A DNA stretch of 64,000 nt from Antedon mediterranea (taxonomy: Eukaryota; Animalia; Echinodermata), in assembly GCF_964355755.1 (NCBI RefSeq), contig NC_092674.1:14136001-14200000 (forward strand). Direction: 5' to 3'. A program made the translations under genes and the position numbers. Under the pieces are notes generated by a model. The model had not been told where the DNA came from and did no database searches. It saw only the letters and a program-made list of their open reading frames with translations. Shown here piece after piece: positions 42,901-51,025 of this stretch (positions are counted from its first letter, which is position 1; each line of letters starts with the position of its first letter).

Positions 42901-45900
42901 ATTGTTTTTAAGCTGTCGTATATTTTATAATGTGTAATCTTAGGCCTTGGATCTTAAGTTTCGTGATCTTAGGTCTTAAGGGATCTTAGGTTTCGTGACA
43001 CCCTGCAATACCACACGTTGATTTATACCGCTAAAAAAAGTTTAACCACTTTAAAATATTGCTACTAACACCATAATGTGCGCCCAAGGATTATGTGCCA
43101 GATGGAGTCAAACGCACGAGAATGATCAAATGATATAATATCTATACGAGATGCGAGATGCGTGTCGATCGAGGAGTCGTTGTTTCGGCGAGTAAGGTGG
43201 AACATGATTTTCCGGTATTATACCCATGCTGTCTTTTGTAGAGAAGATCAAATTCGTTAAGATGGGCGTTCAAATCCTCTGTTACTAGACTCTCGAGCCG
43301 CTTACATAAAATCGACGTCAGGGCCTCTGGTCTATAATTCTTAAAATCCGTTTTATGTATGGGAACGATGTTGGCCTGTTTCTAGGTGGATGAAGCTTCT
43401 CTTCTCTAGACAAACTAAAATTGTATAGATCAGACAAAATTGGTCACAGGCTGTAAGTATCATATCAATAACGCCATCAGGCCCAGAAGCTTTGTGTGTA
43501 GTCGTTTTAAATATTTTATTTAATATCCGATCAGGATGAATATACAGATCCGTAAGTTTAGGAACATCTAGACATGGCGACGTGATTTCGTTCGTACTAC
43601 CATTTTGATCAGTAAAGTACGATGCAAACAACGAGTTGAATCCCTAAGATTTTATTAGGGTCATTACAAACAGAATCATTTAAAAGACAAGTTGTCTACA
43701 CAGGTTCTCTTTGACTTAATAAAAGACCAAAACTGTTTTAAGTTATCAGATTTGTTCATTAGATTATACAACGATCGGCTATAAGAACATTCAATTGAAT
43801 ATTTTATTTTATTTCGTAGGCTATTCTCTTTATCCCAGTCATATCAGCCTTTCCAGTTTGCTTCTGGTCTTTAGTGATTAATGACCTCAATTGACGTTTC
43901 CCTCCTATATTATTATACGTTTCATGTAACACATTATCAATTCCTTTAACTTTTAAAATTATATTCCTATGATGGGTGTGGACAGTAGACATAATCAATG
44001 ATAAATGACATTTCGCGTATTATCATATTCATTCTCGGTAACAGTGGGTTCAGTTCTGTGGTGGGTCAAATCGCATACAATAAACATTTAATTGGTGGAT
44101 GGTCAAACATTGTAGTTTCATTTTTCCCTGTTCATACCTATATTTTTTTTATTTTTTTTTATTCAGTTGACAACCAACTACGATGAAACCGCCACTAACA
44201 GGTTGAATGTAAACATAATAAACTATAATAATACATTCAAATATGCAACAATAACATAAACAAAAATCGGAACACTATAGAGATTTAACAATTTTACCCT
44301 TAAATACATTTAAACTATCATAAAATAAATCAATATCCAAACAAGTAAAAAGCACACTATTAAATGTGTTAGGTAACCGCTGAAAATACCTGTTTTTTGC
44401 ATTCAACACGACCACAAGGAACGTGAAGCAAACACTTCCTGCGAGTACGAGTTGGTATATTCAACTTAAACAAAGCAACAAGAGGACAATAATAAACAGA
44501 ATTGAAAGAGTTGTACAAAAATACCATATCAAAAACAACTCGATTTTCGAGAGAAATAAGAGTAACATTATAATTAGGACAAGTGCGAGTAAGGAATGTA
44601 ATAAATTTGTTCTGAACATTAGAAATACGCCGAGTTTGTGTACAAGAAATTGAATTAAAAATGACTGAACAGTACAATGATGTTAATTCTCCATCGAAAA
44701 ACAACAATTTAACTTACTATCAATCAAAACTCCCAAATCCCTTTGAAAATTAACATAATCTAATTCCTGATCATTTAACTTATATTTGGTTAAAATAGGC
44801 TTTCGCTGATTATACTATGCCCAAGAAAAACCCGTCGTGTTATTTTAACATTCTTACTACATCAAGACGTAACTGAGATTTCACAACACAAGTCCTAAGT
44901 AGCATTTCTGTTACCAATCTCATCTTTGTTGCCTCCAAATAATAACACTAGGTATATTACCCGGGTCGTTATATGTTGGGTTTTGTACATAATGTAGGGG
45001 ACACCTCATGAAACGTCACCAAAAACATGCATAATGCAGTAGTCATATGCGTCTTGCCCGGGTCTCTGGTTTCCATGGGCGTGGTCATGTTATCGAGAAC
45101 CATTCATATACACTCACTGGAAGGTGAGAGAGCAAAGCAAACGAATCTAGTTATTATAAATACGCTAACATTTACCTCATGGAAAACATTTAGCTCGTAG
45201 TATCATGAACGTGCGCATATAGCGCATCGTGGTGTTAAGCCGAATCACAAAAATATTAGTGAAACGCGTAATAACATTGCAGTAATTATTATTAATTCAT
45301 AAATTTAATGAAAATATAATCAAACAAAACAATTGTTCTGGAAGTTGTTTAAGGGTTTATTTATTTATTGTTCTACGATTTATTTTTAAACAATGTTAAT
45401 ATATGTTTTGGTATTGGAATATGTCATATTTTCGATGAATTAAATACACTTATTTTAATAGCTACAAGATATATATTCAACTGTAACATTAAAGAAGACC
45501 CACTGTATTTTAATAAATGTAAAGTCAGTGTTAAAAGAAATATTGAAATAGAAACAAATGTTGATTTGAAAATGACAATATGCATACAACCTAAAATTAA
45601 AAAATTAGGAGTATAGTCTACCTTTTAACTACCATGATATGTATAAATGTTTGTTTGTTTGATTGTGTTTTGTTTTGTATCTTGTTGTTGAGAACCATTT
45701 TTTTTGTCTTGTTGCTACAGCTGGTGGCGCATTGTTGTTTTTTTTTTGTAATTGAAATAATTAAAAAAAATATTGCGACAGCAGTTATTACAAATTGCGA
45801 CAGCAGTTATTACAAAGTACGGCAGCAGTTATTACAAAGTGCGACAGCAGTTATTACAAAGTGCGACAGTAGTTATTACAAAGTACGAGAGCTCGATTAC

Positions 45901-47405
45901 TACAAAGTGCAAAGGTTATCACAAAGTGTGACAGTTTTGTCACCATGTGCGTACGACAGGTATTACAAAGTATTATGTGACGATCATTACAAAGTGTGAC
46001 AGTACAAAGGGGGTTTACAGATAGTTATTATATATGCGATATTTCAAGACAGTTTATCAGGAATCGACCCTATTTTTGTTATTTCTTGAGTTAAGTTTCG
46101 GGATCATTAATTTGAAAAATATAGGTCTTGGTGAGATCTTGCTTGGAGGTTTCTAGGTCCCGGTGGCGATTTTTTTTTCGTACATAAGTTGGGGACCCCC
46201 TCATGAAACGTCACAAAATAAACATGAATAATTCATCAGTTAAATTTTCTTGCTCAGTGTGCACCCACGCGTATAGCAACAAGAACAACTGCGATACGAT
46301 TCTAGGCCTAGGCGATTCTCCACTGTGTTTGCGGCGTGCGATTTCATAAAAGAATAGCGGCGTTTTGTGTGGATTGTCGAAATAATCTGTCTTTAGTTTT
46401 TGGTTTTTTTTTAATATAATTTATTACTAAAGAATTACGTGTTAAAATTATAGTTTCTATTAATACTATTAGGCCTAATTAGTAGTCTCTAAAGCTCGTA
46501 TCTATTCTAGTAGTCTGTGTGGGTGTGTGTGTTACTGTTAGGTACTCCGAGTAATAAATTAAACAATTACATTACACAAAATTTATTCTCGTGTTCATAT
46601 ACGCGCATTTTTAAAGTTACATTGAGTACATGCATATTGTTTGATAATAAAATAACAGAATTAAAAAATTACAGTACACAAAATTATACACATTCTTTAT
46701 TCTCGTGTGTCTAAACTTTCTTTGGGCTATGACCAATACTACTAATGTGTCTTGCTTAGCTGTCGATTAGTCTCGACACATTTTGCATAGTGGTAGTGTG
46801 TGTATGTGTGAAGACTGCTCAAGAGTGCGCCAAGGCAATCACGTGAATCCTAGGCCTAGGAAGAATCGTATCGCAGTTGTAATAATCACTTGTTGCTATA
46901 CACTTGGATGCACACGGAACAACAAATTTAACTGATGAATTATTCATGTGTATTTTGTGACGTTTCGTGAGGGGTCCCCAACTTATGTACGAAAAAAAAA
47001 ATCGCGTCCCGGGGTTTAAATGACCGCGACTTTTAAACTATCATTGGTTGATCTAACTGCCCAATGTCAAGATTAACCTTGACAAGGTAGCGGTGTTCCG
47101 AGACATGTGATGGTACAACCGTGCAGTTTTCGACAATACAGTAATCCTTGATACAAAGTATGAAATGATATATGACCCGCAATGTGATTTGGTTCATTTA
47201 GGTATGCTATGTACGCCGGTACGCTCTTTAAATTTAAAAATTAAATATTTATTTAATCACACTGAATTATATAGTAACACTTATTATTAATGTTTGTAAC
47301 ACTTACATTTCTTGGAAGATCCAATTTAGAACCAGCCTTGAGCAAAATAGTGCAAACATCTGTGTGGCCGTTTTGTGCAGCCACATATAAAGGTGACACT
47401 CCATC
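114..47405 (-). CDS. Partial multi-exon ankyrin-repeat + Roc GTPase (ROCO-family) gene; 12 predicted exons, 5' and 3' ends not found in window
   Basis: Twelve GT-AG-bounded exons join in one open frame with compatible phases: 47307-47405, 38065-38163, 18905-19003, 8459-8557, 6461-6583, 5739-5841, 4645-4680, 4062-4221, 3255-3352, 2400-2512, 1091-1100, 114-148. Translation gives ankyrin repeats followed by ...[33 protein letters not shown]..., typical of a Roc domain N-terminus. Confidence 0.85.
1091..1100 (-). CDS. Candidate 10-nt micro-exon (phase 0-1)
   Basis: TAG|GTCATCAAAG|GTGAGT; supplies the phase change needed between exon 2400-2512 and exon 114-148. Confidence 0.45.
1600..2122 (-). 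pseudogene. Possible decayed DNA-transposon coding relic
   Basis: 90-aa ORF (1850..2122) plus further frameshifted protein-like fragments inside an intron; family not recognised with certainty. Confidence 0.2.
2400..2512 (-). CDS. Roc insertion exon (113 bp, phase 1-0)
   Basis: TAG acceptor, GTACGT donor; encodes [38 protein letters not shown]. Confidence 0.75.
3255..3352 (-). CDS. Roc switch-I exon (98 bp, phase 2-1)
   Basis: CAG acceptor, GTAAAA donor; encodes [32 protein letters not shown] (xTxG motif); overlaps ORF 3241..3447. Confidence 0.85.
4062..4221 (-). CDS. Roc GTPase P-loop exon (160 bp, phase 1-2)
   Basis: TAG acceptor, GTAAGT donor; encodes [54 protein letters not shown], with the pre-Roc 'IP..I.ARG......Y.EAL.EG' helix and GxxxxGKT. 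Confidence 0.9.
4645..4680 (-). CDS. Linker exon (36 bp, phase 1-1)
   Basis: TAG acceptor, GTATGA donor; encodes [12 protein letters not shown] in frame with its neighbours. Confidence 0.7.
5284..5545 (+). repeat. Degenerate tandem duplication, about 135 bp x2
   Basis: aaatatct..aaactttatt...attctattaataa...aagaatataatgtga...cattggYtgagaattta occurs twice. Confidence 0.7.
5739..5841 (-). CDS. C-cap-like ankyrin exon (103 bp, phase 0-1)
   Basis: CAG acceptor, GTGAGT donor; encodes [34 protein letters not shown]. Confidence 0.8.
6029..6255 (+). mobile_element. 5S rRNA-derived SINE3-like retroelement (5S head + LINE-type 3' tail + A-rich tail)
   Basis: 6029-6130 follows the 5S rRNA consensus (accacgttgaaacaccggttctcgtcagatcaccgaagttaagcaacg...cttggatgggagacc..ctgggaat) with a decayed 3' end. 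6168-6206 resembles the 3' end of the LINE fragment at 44161-44201 (minus). (aaaat)n follows. Confidence 0.75.
6461..6583 (-). CDS. Degenerate ankyrin exon (123 bp, phase 0-0)
   Basis: TAG acceptor, GTTGGT donor; encodes [41 protein letters not shown] (TLLHL motif). Confidence 0.75.
7079..7540 (+). repeat. 231-bp tandem duplication, probably the end of a non-autonomous DNA transposon
   Basis: Units start at 7079 and 7310 (aagcctggtttcctgtcgacgtaag) and are nearly identical; each has three gattttacaggaaacc motifs. Confidence 0.8.
8459..8557 (-). CDS. Ankyrin-repeat exon (99 bp, divergent from the other three)
   Basis: CAG acceptor, GTAAGT donor; encodes [33 protein letters not shown]. Confidence 0.9.
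9650..10198 (-). mobile_element. Old CR1-like LINE, 3' part
   Basis: Decayed RT C-terminus ([20 protein letters not shown]...F) and ...gctgttgg...aataataaaa tail. Confidence 0.7.
10205..14293 (-). mobile_element. Young 5'-truncated CR1/L2-group (Crack/Daphne-like) LINE with intact ORF2
   Basis: Flanked by a 6-bp direct repeat gtagct (10199-10204, 14294-14299); 3' stem-loop, (TA)n and aataaa(cgaaa)n tail. Confidence 0.9.
10641..13808 (-). CDS. LINE ORF2: APE endonuclease + reverse transcriptase (1055 aa)
   Basis: HLNARSL, TET, GGGVAIY, GDFN, TLIDNIF, SDHFPV; [40 protein letters not shown]. Confidence 0.95.
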   Translation of the reverse strand: MDPFDNIDAFPFNHIIDNDEFLHVIHYYFCDDRIDFDRFNSLIFNPFDINFKDVINDNDAQLFSENIESCAYEYIDSLNNKYSTQDYSFSIFHLNARSLVKHFNDINVCVGAINHEFSALCFTETFFNHNTPFSFYNIPNYNLLHVSRADRPGGGVAIYLHQRFKYILRPDLSFIITNGSESLFIEIDAQPKNIILGVVYRLPELSINTFNKDISNLIDTINNEKKTAYISGDFNINLLNSKTHKGTSDFVNTLFQSNYYPLITRPTRITRNSATLIDNIFCNNLYDNISSGILYSDISDHFPVFLLVHKSEPLQHLKPKSKYIYIKKVNDISISALSNDLSNVDWTSIYNSNEPNEAYALFNDIFSTLYNNNIKTTRSRRNIRKEKKPWITKCLIKSIDKKHKLYKTFLISKKQKDKDKYVKYRNVLTKILRTAQKNYFSDKFEFHKNNIQKTWQTINGVLGKKSRKPFPSHFINNDIELNNPQQIATEFNNYFTSIGPNLVNKIHVSDNDNYTSTLPRPCVHSLFLSPVTEHEVVSIILSLKDNKSPGFDGFSNKIIKRVSNFICKPLTHIFNTSFQTGIFPDSFKIAKVIPIYKKEDPHHFNNYRPISLLPCFSKLIEKIMHNRISSFLTKHNILFKGQYGFRKKYSTDLALLDIFDKITIALSKNEFSVGIFLDLSKAFDTINHDILIHKLSNYGIRGLPLKLIKSYLSNRVQFTSLNNFNSSYSRLTCGVPQGSILGPLLFLIFVNDIPNSSKLLNVILFADDTNIFFSHPKLNTLFKIVNDELLKVSNWLKHNKLTLNTFKTNYIIFSKRKISNSLNEQIYIDNKMTKRVNETQFLGVTIDASLTWKLHINKISNLVSRNVRILNKLKHIFPQKTLLTLYNTLVLPYLSYANLCWAITLDKFSTLCPWTSLEKTQIDRLFKLQKRALRICAGESFRAHTKLLFKRFNVLNIYDLNKLQVASFMYRLSNNLLPSHFNALFTRIDERHSYKTRSSVNNYILDNLNVKARRFSMYYFGPKLWTSLSNELKQKSSFSSFKSNFKHKMVSEYAT
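14300..14980 (-). mobile_element. Old CR1-like LINE RT fragment (upstream part of the element at 9650-10198)
   Basis: Frameshifted RT motifs ([22 protein letters not shown], gttccgcagggctca = [18 protein letters not shown]). Confidence 0.75.
16871..17980 (-). mobile_element. Rex1/Babar-like LINE fragment (endonuclease C-terminus to RT start)
   Basis: [42 protein letters not shown]; frameshifted. Confidence 0.85.
18000..18752 (+). mobile_element. CR1-like LINE 3' fragment
   Basis: [34 protein letters not shown]; tail tgttatgggcg...cgctgttgg...aaataaaaaa. Confidence 0.8.
18750..20710. repeat. Ankyrin exon cassette A (exon plus flanking intron), homologous to 47150-49108 and 37960-38260
   Basis: Colinear similarity on both sides of the exon, e.g. 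tttatttgacacgaaaaagcatgt, gattgtttgtatggtaaattacctccc, agatgagatgagaaaactacacagatttt. Confidence 0.9.
18905..19003 (-). CDS. Ankyrin-repeat exon (99 bp, phase 0-0)
   Basis: CAG acceptor, GTAAGT donor; encodes [33 protein letters not shown]. Confidence 0.92.
22620..23200. repeat. Interspersed repeat, second copy at 51190-51730
   Basis: Shared ttctaggcgttg...ttgcgaatgaa...agggagcataccgcct..cgtaactac...tgagtgagaatcaataa. Confidence 0.75.
24587..27001 (+). mobile_element. Rex1/Babar-like LINE, 5'-truncated, one frameshift near 25090
   Basis: [53 protein letters not shown]; (ttgaa)n tail at about 26980-27001. Confidence 0.92.
27374..28412 (-). mobile_element. Non-autonomous Helitron, copy 1
   Basis: On the minus strand A|TC...hairpin-CTAG|T; body homologous to 52576-53891; a partial internal duplicate lies at about 27169-27345. 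Confidence 0.85.
28575..29045 (+). repeat. Degenerate tandem repeat, about 160-180 bp x3
   Basis: atggtaRcaaaacatatttt...tatacaa...gcatRatgtgatt.ataatt recurs three times. Confidence 0.7.
29866..30840 (+). repeat. Higher-order minisatellite: about 157-bp units with a 36-bp subunit expanded to about 11 copies (30395-30780)
   Basis: Units start near 29873, 30032, 30189 and 30330; subunit aaattcgtgtgcgagtcgttaatcgcacgacatgta. Confidence 0.92.
32077..33495. repeat. Duplicated intronic segment (left part matches 36990-37290, right part matches 40109-41432)
   Basis: Direct visual alignment; near-identical over hundreds of bp. Confidence 0.9.
34712..34772 (+). mobile_element. Helitron 3' terminus (related subfamily)
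   Basis: gagaaccat...ctagaggg ggagcgagcgaagcgagctc accctCTAG|T hairpin, same architecture as 53855-53891. Confidence 0.6.
34920..35995 (+). mobile_element. Decayed L1/Tx1-clade LINE ORF2 fragment
   Basis: [56 protein letters not shown]; several stops. Confidence 0.85.
36028..36882. mobile_element. Non-autonomous Tc1/mariner (Tc2-like) DNA transposon
   Basis: Perfect 27-bp TIR ccgtatatttcggtgtataagtcgcac, TA target duplication on both sides, internal ggtgcgtcttatac repeats. Confidence 0.92.
38065..38163 (-). CDS. Ankyrin-repeat exon (99 bp, phase 0-0)
   Basis: CAG acceptor, GTAAGT donor; encodes [33 protein letters not shown]. Confidence 0.92.
38300..38890 (+). mobile_element. L2-like LINE 3' fragment with unrelated sequence inserted at about 38660-38830
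   Basis: LRS....LVVPKT....[27 protein letters not shown]; tail tgtacagcgctttg...aaaagcgctttata. Confidence 0.75.
41955..43003. mobile_element. Non-autonomous Mutator/MULE-like element
   Basis: TIR gggtgtcRcgaWacctaagatc with ctaaga subterminal repeats; 9-bp TSD tgaaatacc / tgcaatacc. Confidence 0.8.
42099..42900. mobile_element. Nested TIR element, probable ISL2EU/PIF-Harbinger-group deletion derivative
   Basis: Perfect 24-bp TIR aatagacacgtttcgcgctggcga. Inward-pointing coding relic [13 protein letters not shown] ... [11 protein letters not shown] resembles the N-terminus of SWIM/YqaJ-type accessory proteins (recalled similarity, not searched). Confidence 0.65.
44142..44810 (-). mobile_element. 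CR1-like LINE 3' fragment
   Basis: [29 protein letters not shown]; poly-A tail at 44142-44161. Confidence 0.8.
45772..46003 (+). repeat. 22-bp minisatellite (ttattacaaagtgcgacagcag)n
   Basis: About 5 good and several degenerate copies. Confidence 0.85.
46159..47013. mobile_element. MITE-like element with long (about 160 bp) imperfect TIRs
   Basis: cgatttttttttcgtacataagttggggacccc.tcatgaaacgtcacaaaata...gcgatacgattct is mirrored at 46845-47013; a related single arm lies at about 44980-45035. Confidence 0.8.
47307..47405 (-). CDS. Ankyrin-repeat exon (99 bp, phase 0-0)
   Basis: CAG acceptor, GTAAGT donor; encodes [33 protein letters not shown]. Confidence 0.92.
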
Positions 47406-49119
47406 CTGAAACATTAAAAACATGATGTTATAGTAGTTTTCACTCTAAACAAAGTATTAATATTGTACTGAAATCAATACGATCAATTAAAAATAACGTT
47501 ATGGATTCAAATAATGCTACTTTGTTAAATTAAATAAAGATTATTAACCTCTGGTGTTTACTTTAAGATAATGTATTGTATACGTATACATTTGTCTTGC
47601 TTGTATAATATTATTCATATAAGTACTGTACAAATGTAAACCAAATAAGTGTTTCTTTGCCTTTATCAGGTAGTGCTAACGAGTGAAAATTATGATAAAG
47701 TGGCACTTGAACTGGCAGTTATGACAAAAAATATAATACTAGGATCCAAATTCTGTTCAACTAAATACTTACTATTGGTTTTGTTGTAGAGTTACTGGGC
47801 TGGAATAGTTTTTTTTTATATTTTTATTTTTTTTTAAAGATGTTTTACTAAATCAAATTGATATATCGATTCATATCCTTTTAATGTATCATTTGCATAA
47901 AATAAATAATGTAGCTCGTACAGAACAACACAATACAGAAACAGAAAAGTCACCATTAAAAAAACATCATTCTCTAACATTCAGTGTTCTAAAGGCAGAT
48001 GTTAAAACTATTACGAAACCTATTTGCACGAGGGGTGATGGACCGCTTCCTTGAACTTCAAAAATGGTGCATGCGATAGGTTGGGTCTTGTAAAATCGAA
48101 TGTGTTTTCTTAGTAAAGTATCTAATGATTCAAATTGAGATCTGCTTGAGATCTGCTCTGCTAGTTTGAGTTCAAACGTGTCCTTTTGTGCCATTTTGAT
48201 ACCCTTACCCTTAATTGGTCGTGCCATTTAATATCACTAGTGATTTATTTACAATCTCATCTTCAGAGTGGGTACCGTATTAATTTCATATTGTAGGTGA
48301 TTTTACGTTATAAAATGTCGTCATTGTTTTCAATTGTTTTCACCTGCTTTGATAGAGACAATACTGTTAATAATTGTTTATTAGTAAACACATAGTGTAC
48401 CCAAAACCAACCCAGTGTATTTGTGCACATACTAGTGTGTAACATTTGTATTTTAGAGCGTTTATTTGACACGAAAAAGCATGTGAACTTCTGAAAACGT
48501 ACATAATCATAATTATAATGTAGTACATATTGAATTTTGACGTAATGATTGTTGTTGTTTTTTTAGACCACAGTAAGTGGTTGGTGTAACTTCACATTAA
48601 TGATATATTGAAACATCATATGTTAATTAGTCACCTTAATATGGTCATTTGCCATATACGATGATTTAAAAATTCAGAGTTTTAATATTATAGTATTACA
48701 GTTGAACCTTCGTGAGTGGTCACCTCCCTTAACGGTCGTAGTTTCAAAAGCACGTTTGTTCTTCATCTAATTAGTGGACCTCCTGTAAAGCAGCCATCTA
48801 ATGTGAGCGGCCTAAGCAAATTTGTTTACAACACATCAGATTGTTTGTATGGTAAATTACCTCCCTTAAGCGGCCACACAAAAAATTGGCTGCAGTCGCG
48901 TGCGCAAATTTTAGCTTAGTATTTACCGACCGACCAACCGACCGACCAAAATAGTGAGCTGTAGAGTTTGCACGCGACTAAAAATACAATTTTGATACTT
49001 ATATTGTGCTTTATATATTAGCTTCATTTCGAAGCGGTTTTAAAGATATTTCTGTAAAGAACATTTCTGTGTGTTTTTAGATGAGATGAGAAAACTACAC
49101 AGATTTTGATTGACTGAAG

Positions 49120-49295
49120 AAATGATTTGCACATTTGTAGAATACATTTTGCACATTTAACGGCGTTTGCACAAATGTGGTTGTTTGCACATTTGAAGGT
49201 AAAATGTTTGCACAAATGTGGTTGTTTGTACATTTGAAGGTAAAATATTTCCACAAAAGTGGTTGTTTGCACAAATGTGACTTTTTGCATATTTA
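49120..49295 (+). repeat. Minisatellite built on tttgcaca(aatgt/tttg) units
   Basis: tttgcacaaatgtggttgtttg.acatttgaaggtaaaat repeated. Confidence 0.8.
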
Positions 49296-50761
49296 ACGGC
49301 TCCACACGGGCACTACACGAGCGAAGCCCTTGATCAATATTAGGACCAATCAAGGTACTTTAAACAGTCCTGGCTTAGTCATCACTCAGATAAATGTAAG
49401 AATAAAATGACACTGCTGTCAATACAGACGTCGTATGCATTGTCTATTAAGACTGATGCAGGCCAAAACAATAATAAAAAATGCTTTATAAATTTAGTTA
49501 CACAAATAAAAATATGAAATCATGAGAAGAAACACTCGGGAATTTACCCTGTGAGAATTATATTCATGGCTAATGCCTCTATGTTAATAATTTGAAGTAA
49601 TCATCGGCTATCGCAAGGCGTAAACACCTACATCGGATGTAGGCATAGGTGTTTACACATGTGTTGGAAAATCAGATATTCTTTAATAGACCGTATAGAT
49701 AGATAGATAGATCGTTGTTTTCTTTGTTTTACTAAATAATGGAAATAAGAATTTAGTCGAGTCGACTTTAGATTTGCAAGTAACAGAGAAGCATTTCTGT
49801 TGTCCGTTGTCAGATGGTTATTGGATCTGTGTTGTTGATTTCCCTAATACTTATGTAATTAACCGCTTTAAGTCACCCTGCATAGTGGGTATTAACAATG
49901 TATTAGAACTCTAGTAACTGCCGTTTTCTACTTTCGACTCAATGTATTTAATTTTTTTTATGAATATGAACAGTTTGTCTTAAATGAAAGTTAAATTGAA
50001 TTTGAATTGCGTGTTTATTGTATTAACAATTGTCTGTAATTTTAGTATTAATTTGTTTAATATTTTCTTATGATGGTTAATTTTACAGGAACAACTTGGT
50101 ACTTTTTTTTAAATTCTTTTTTGGAAATTAGTGCAATTAAAGCGTAATTTTAATTAATTAATTAATTAATTTTGAATTAAAATTCAGCAATCGTCATATT
50201 CCATTTGGAATACTACGTCCTGTAAAATGACTAGAATTTACTCATGGTTTCCACATATCATGTTATCGCACCCCATCCTATTACTATTGAAACCGAATTG
50301 AAACATTTTCAAAAAGCTTTTTATGGTGGTCACAAAATGCCAAGGTACATTAAAGAAACGCTCATCGTTAGATCTATGTGTAGTAATGAGAAATATACAA
50401 ACAATGATGTTGTTGTGATGTCGTGGGTGAGTGTCAGGTGAGGCGGCGTTCATTCGAGGGAGGCATTTGTTGGTAACATTTTATAAGAAAATAAATTCCC
50501 TTAGATATGAACAAGTACAATACCGTGTTTGATATTATCAAGAAGTGATAACAGTAAACAATTGTATGAAAATGCCTGGTAAATAAATAGATATAGCAGT
50601 AAATGAATTATTCAACAAGTATAAGTATGTTTGTTTTATAATACAATATTGTGTGTATAAATTTACGTGGCGGGGTGTTTATTAGAGGGTGGAGGTTGGA
50701 TATTCCAATGATGTTTTATTGGGGAGGAGGCGTTCATTCAAAATAAATGCGGTATTAGTTA

Positions 50762-51025
50762 TCAGCTATTAATAATATAACAATTATCGTAGAAGGAGAT
50801 AGGTGTATGCGAAGCATCCTCTTATTATTGTGTGCGGGTAATTCTCCAGATAGACATCCATTAGACAATGTAAACCACGATCGGAATTATCTAACTCAAT
50901 TTAATTAGTAAACAGGGTTACATCAGGTGTTTAAAATCAGTACCGAAAGTACGAACCAACTTTATATATCCTAGAAGTAACACGCGATTTACCGAATTTT
51001 GCCTTTACGTTAATTTATATATAGA
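50762..51025 (-). mobile_element. Non-autonomous Helitron, 5' fragment (copy 2)
   Basis: A|TCtatatataaattaacgtaaag start on the minus strand; homologous to 52576-52905. Confidence 0.75.

Larger units (their letters stand above)
41760..44000 (-). mobile_element. Decayed CR1-like LINE split by a DNA transposon
   Basis: KASGPDG, NYRP..L, YGV...ILKW, QRVV (right of insertion) continue as [27 protein letters not shown] (left of insertion). Confidence 0.75.
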
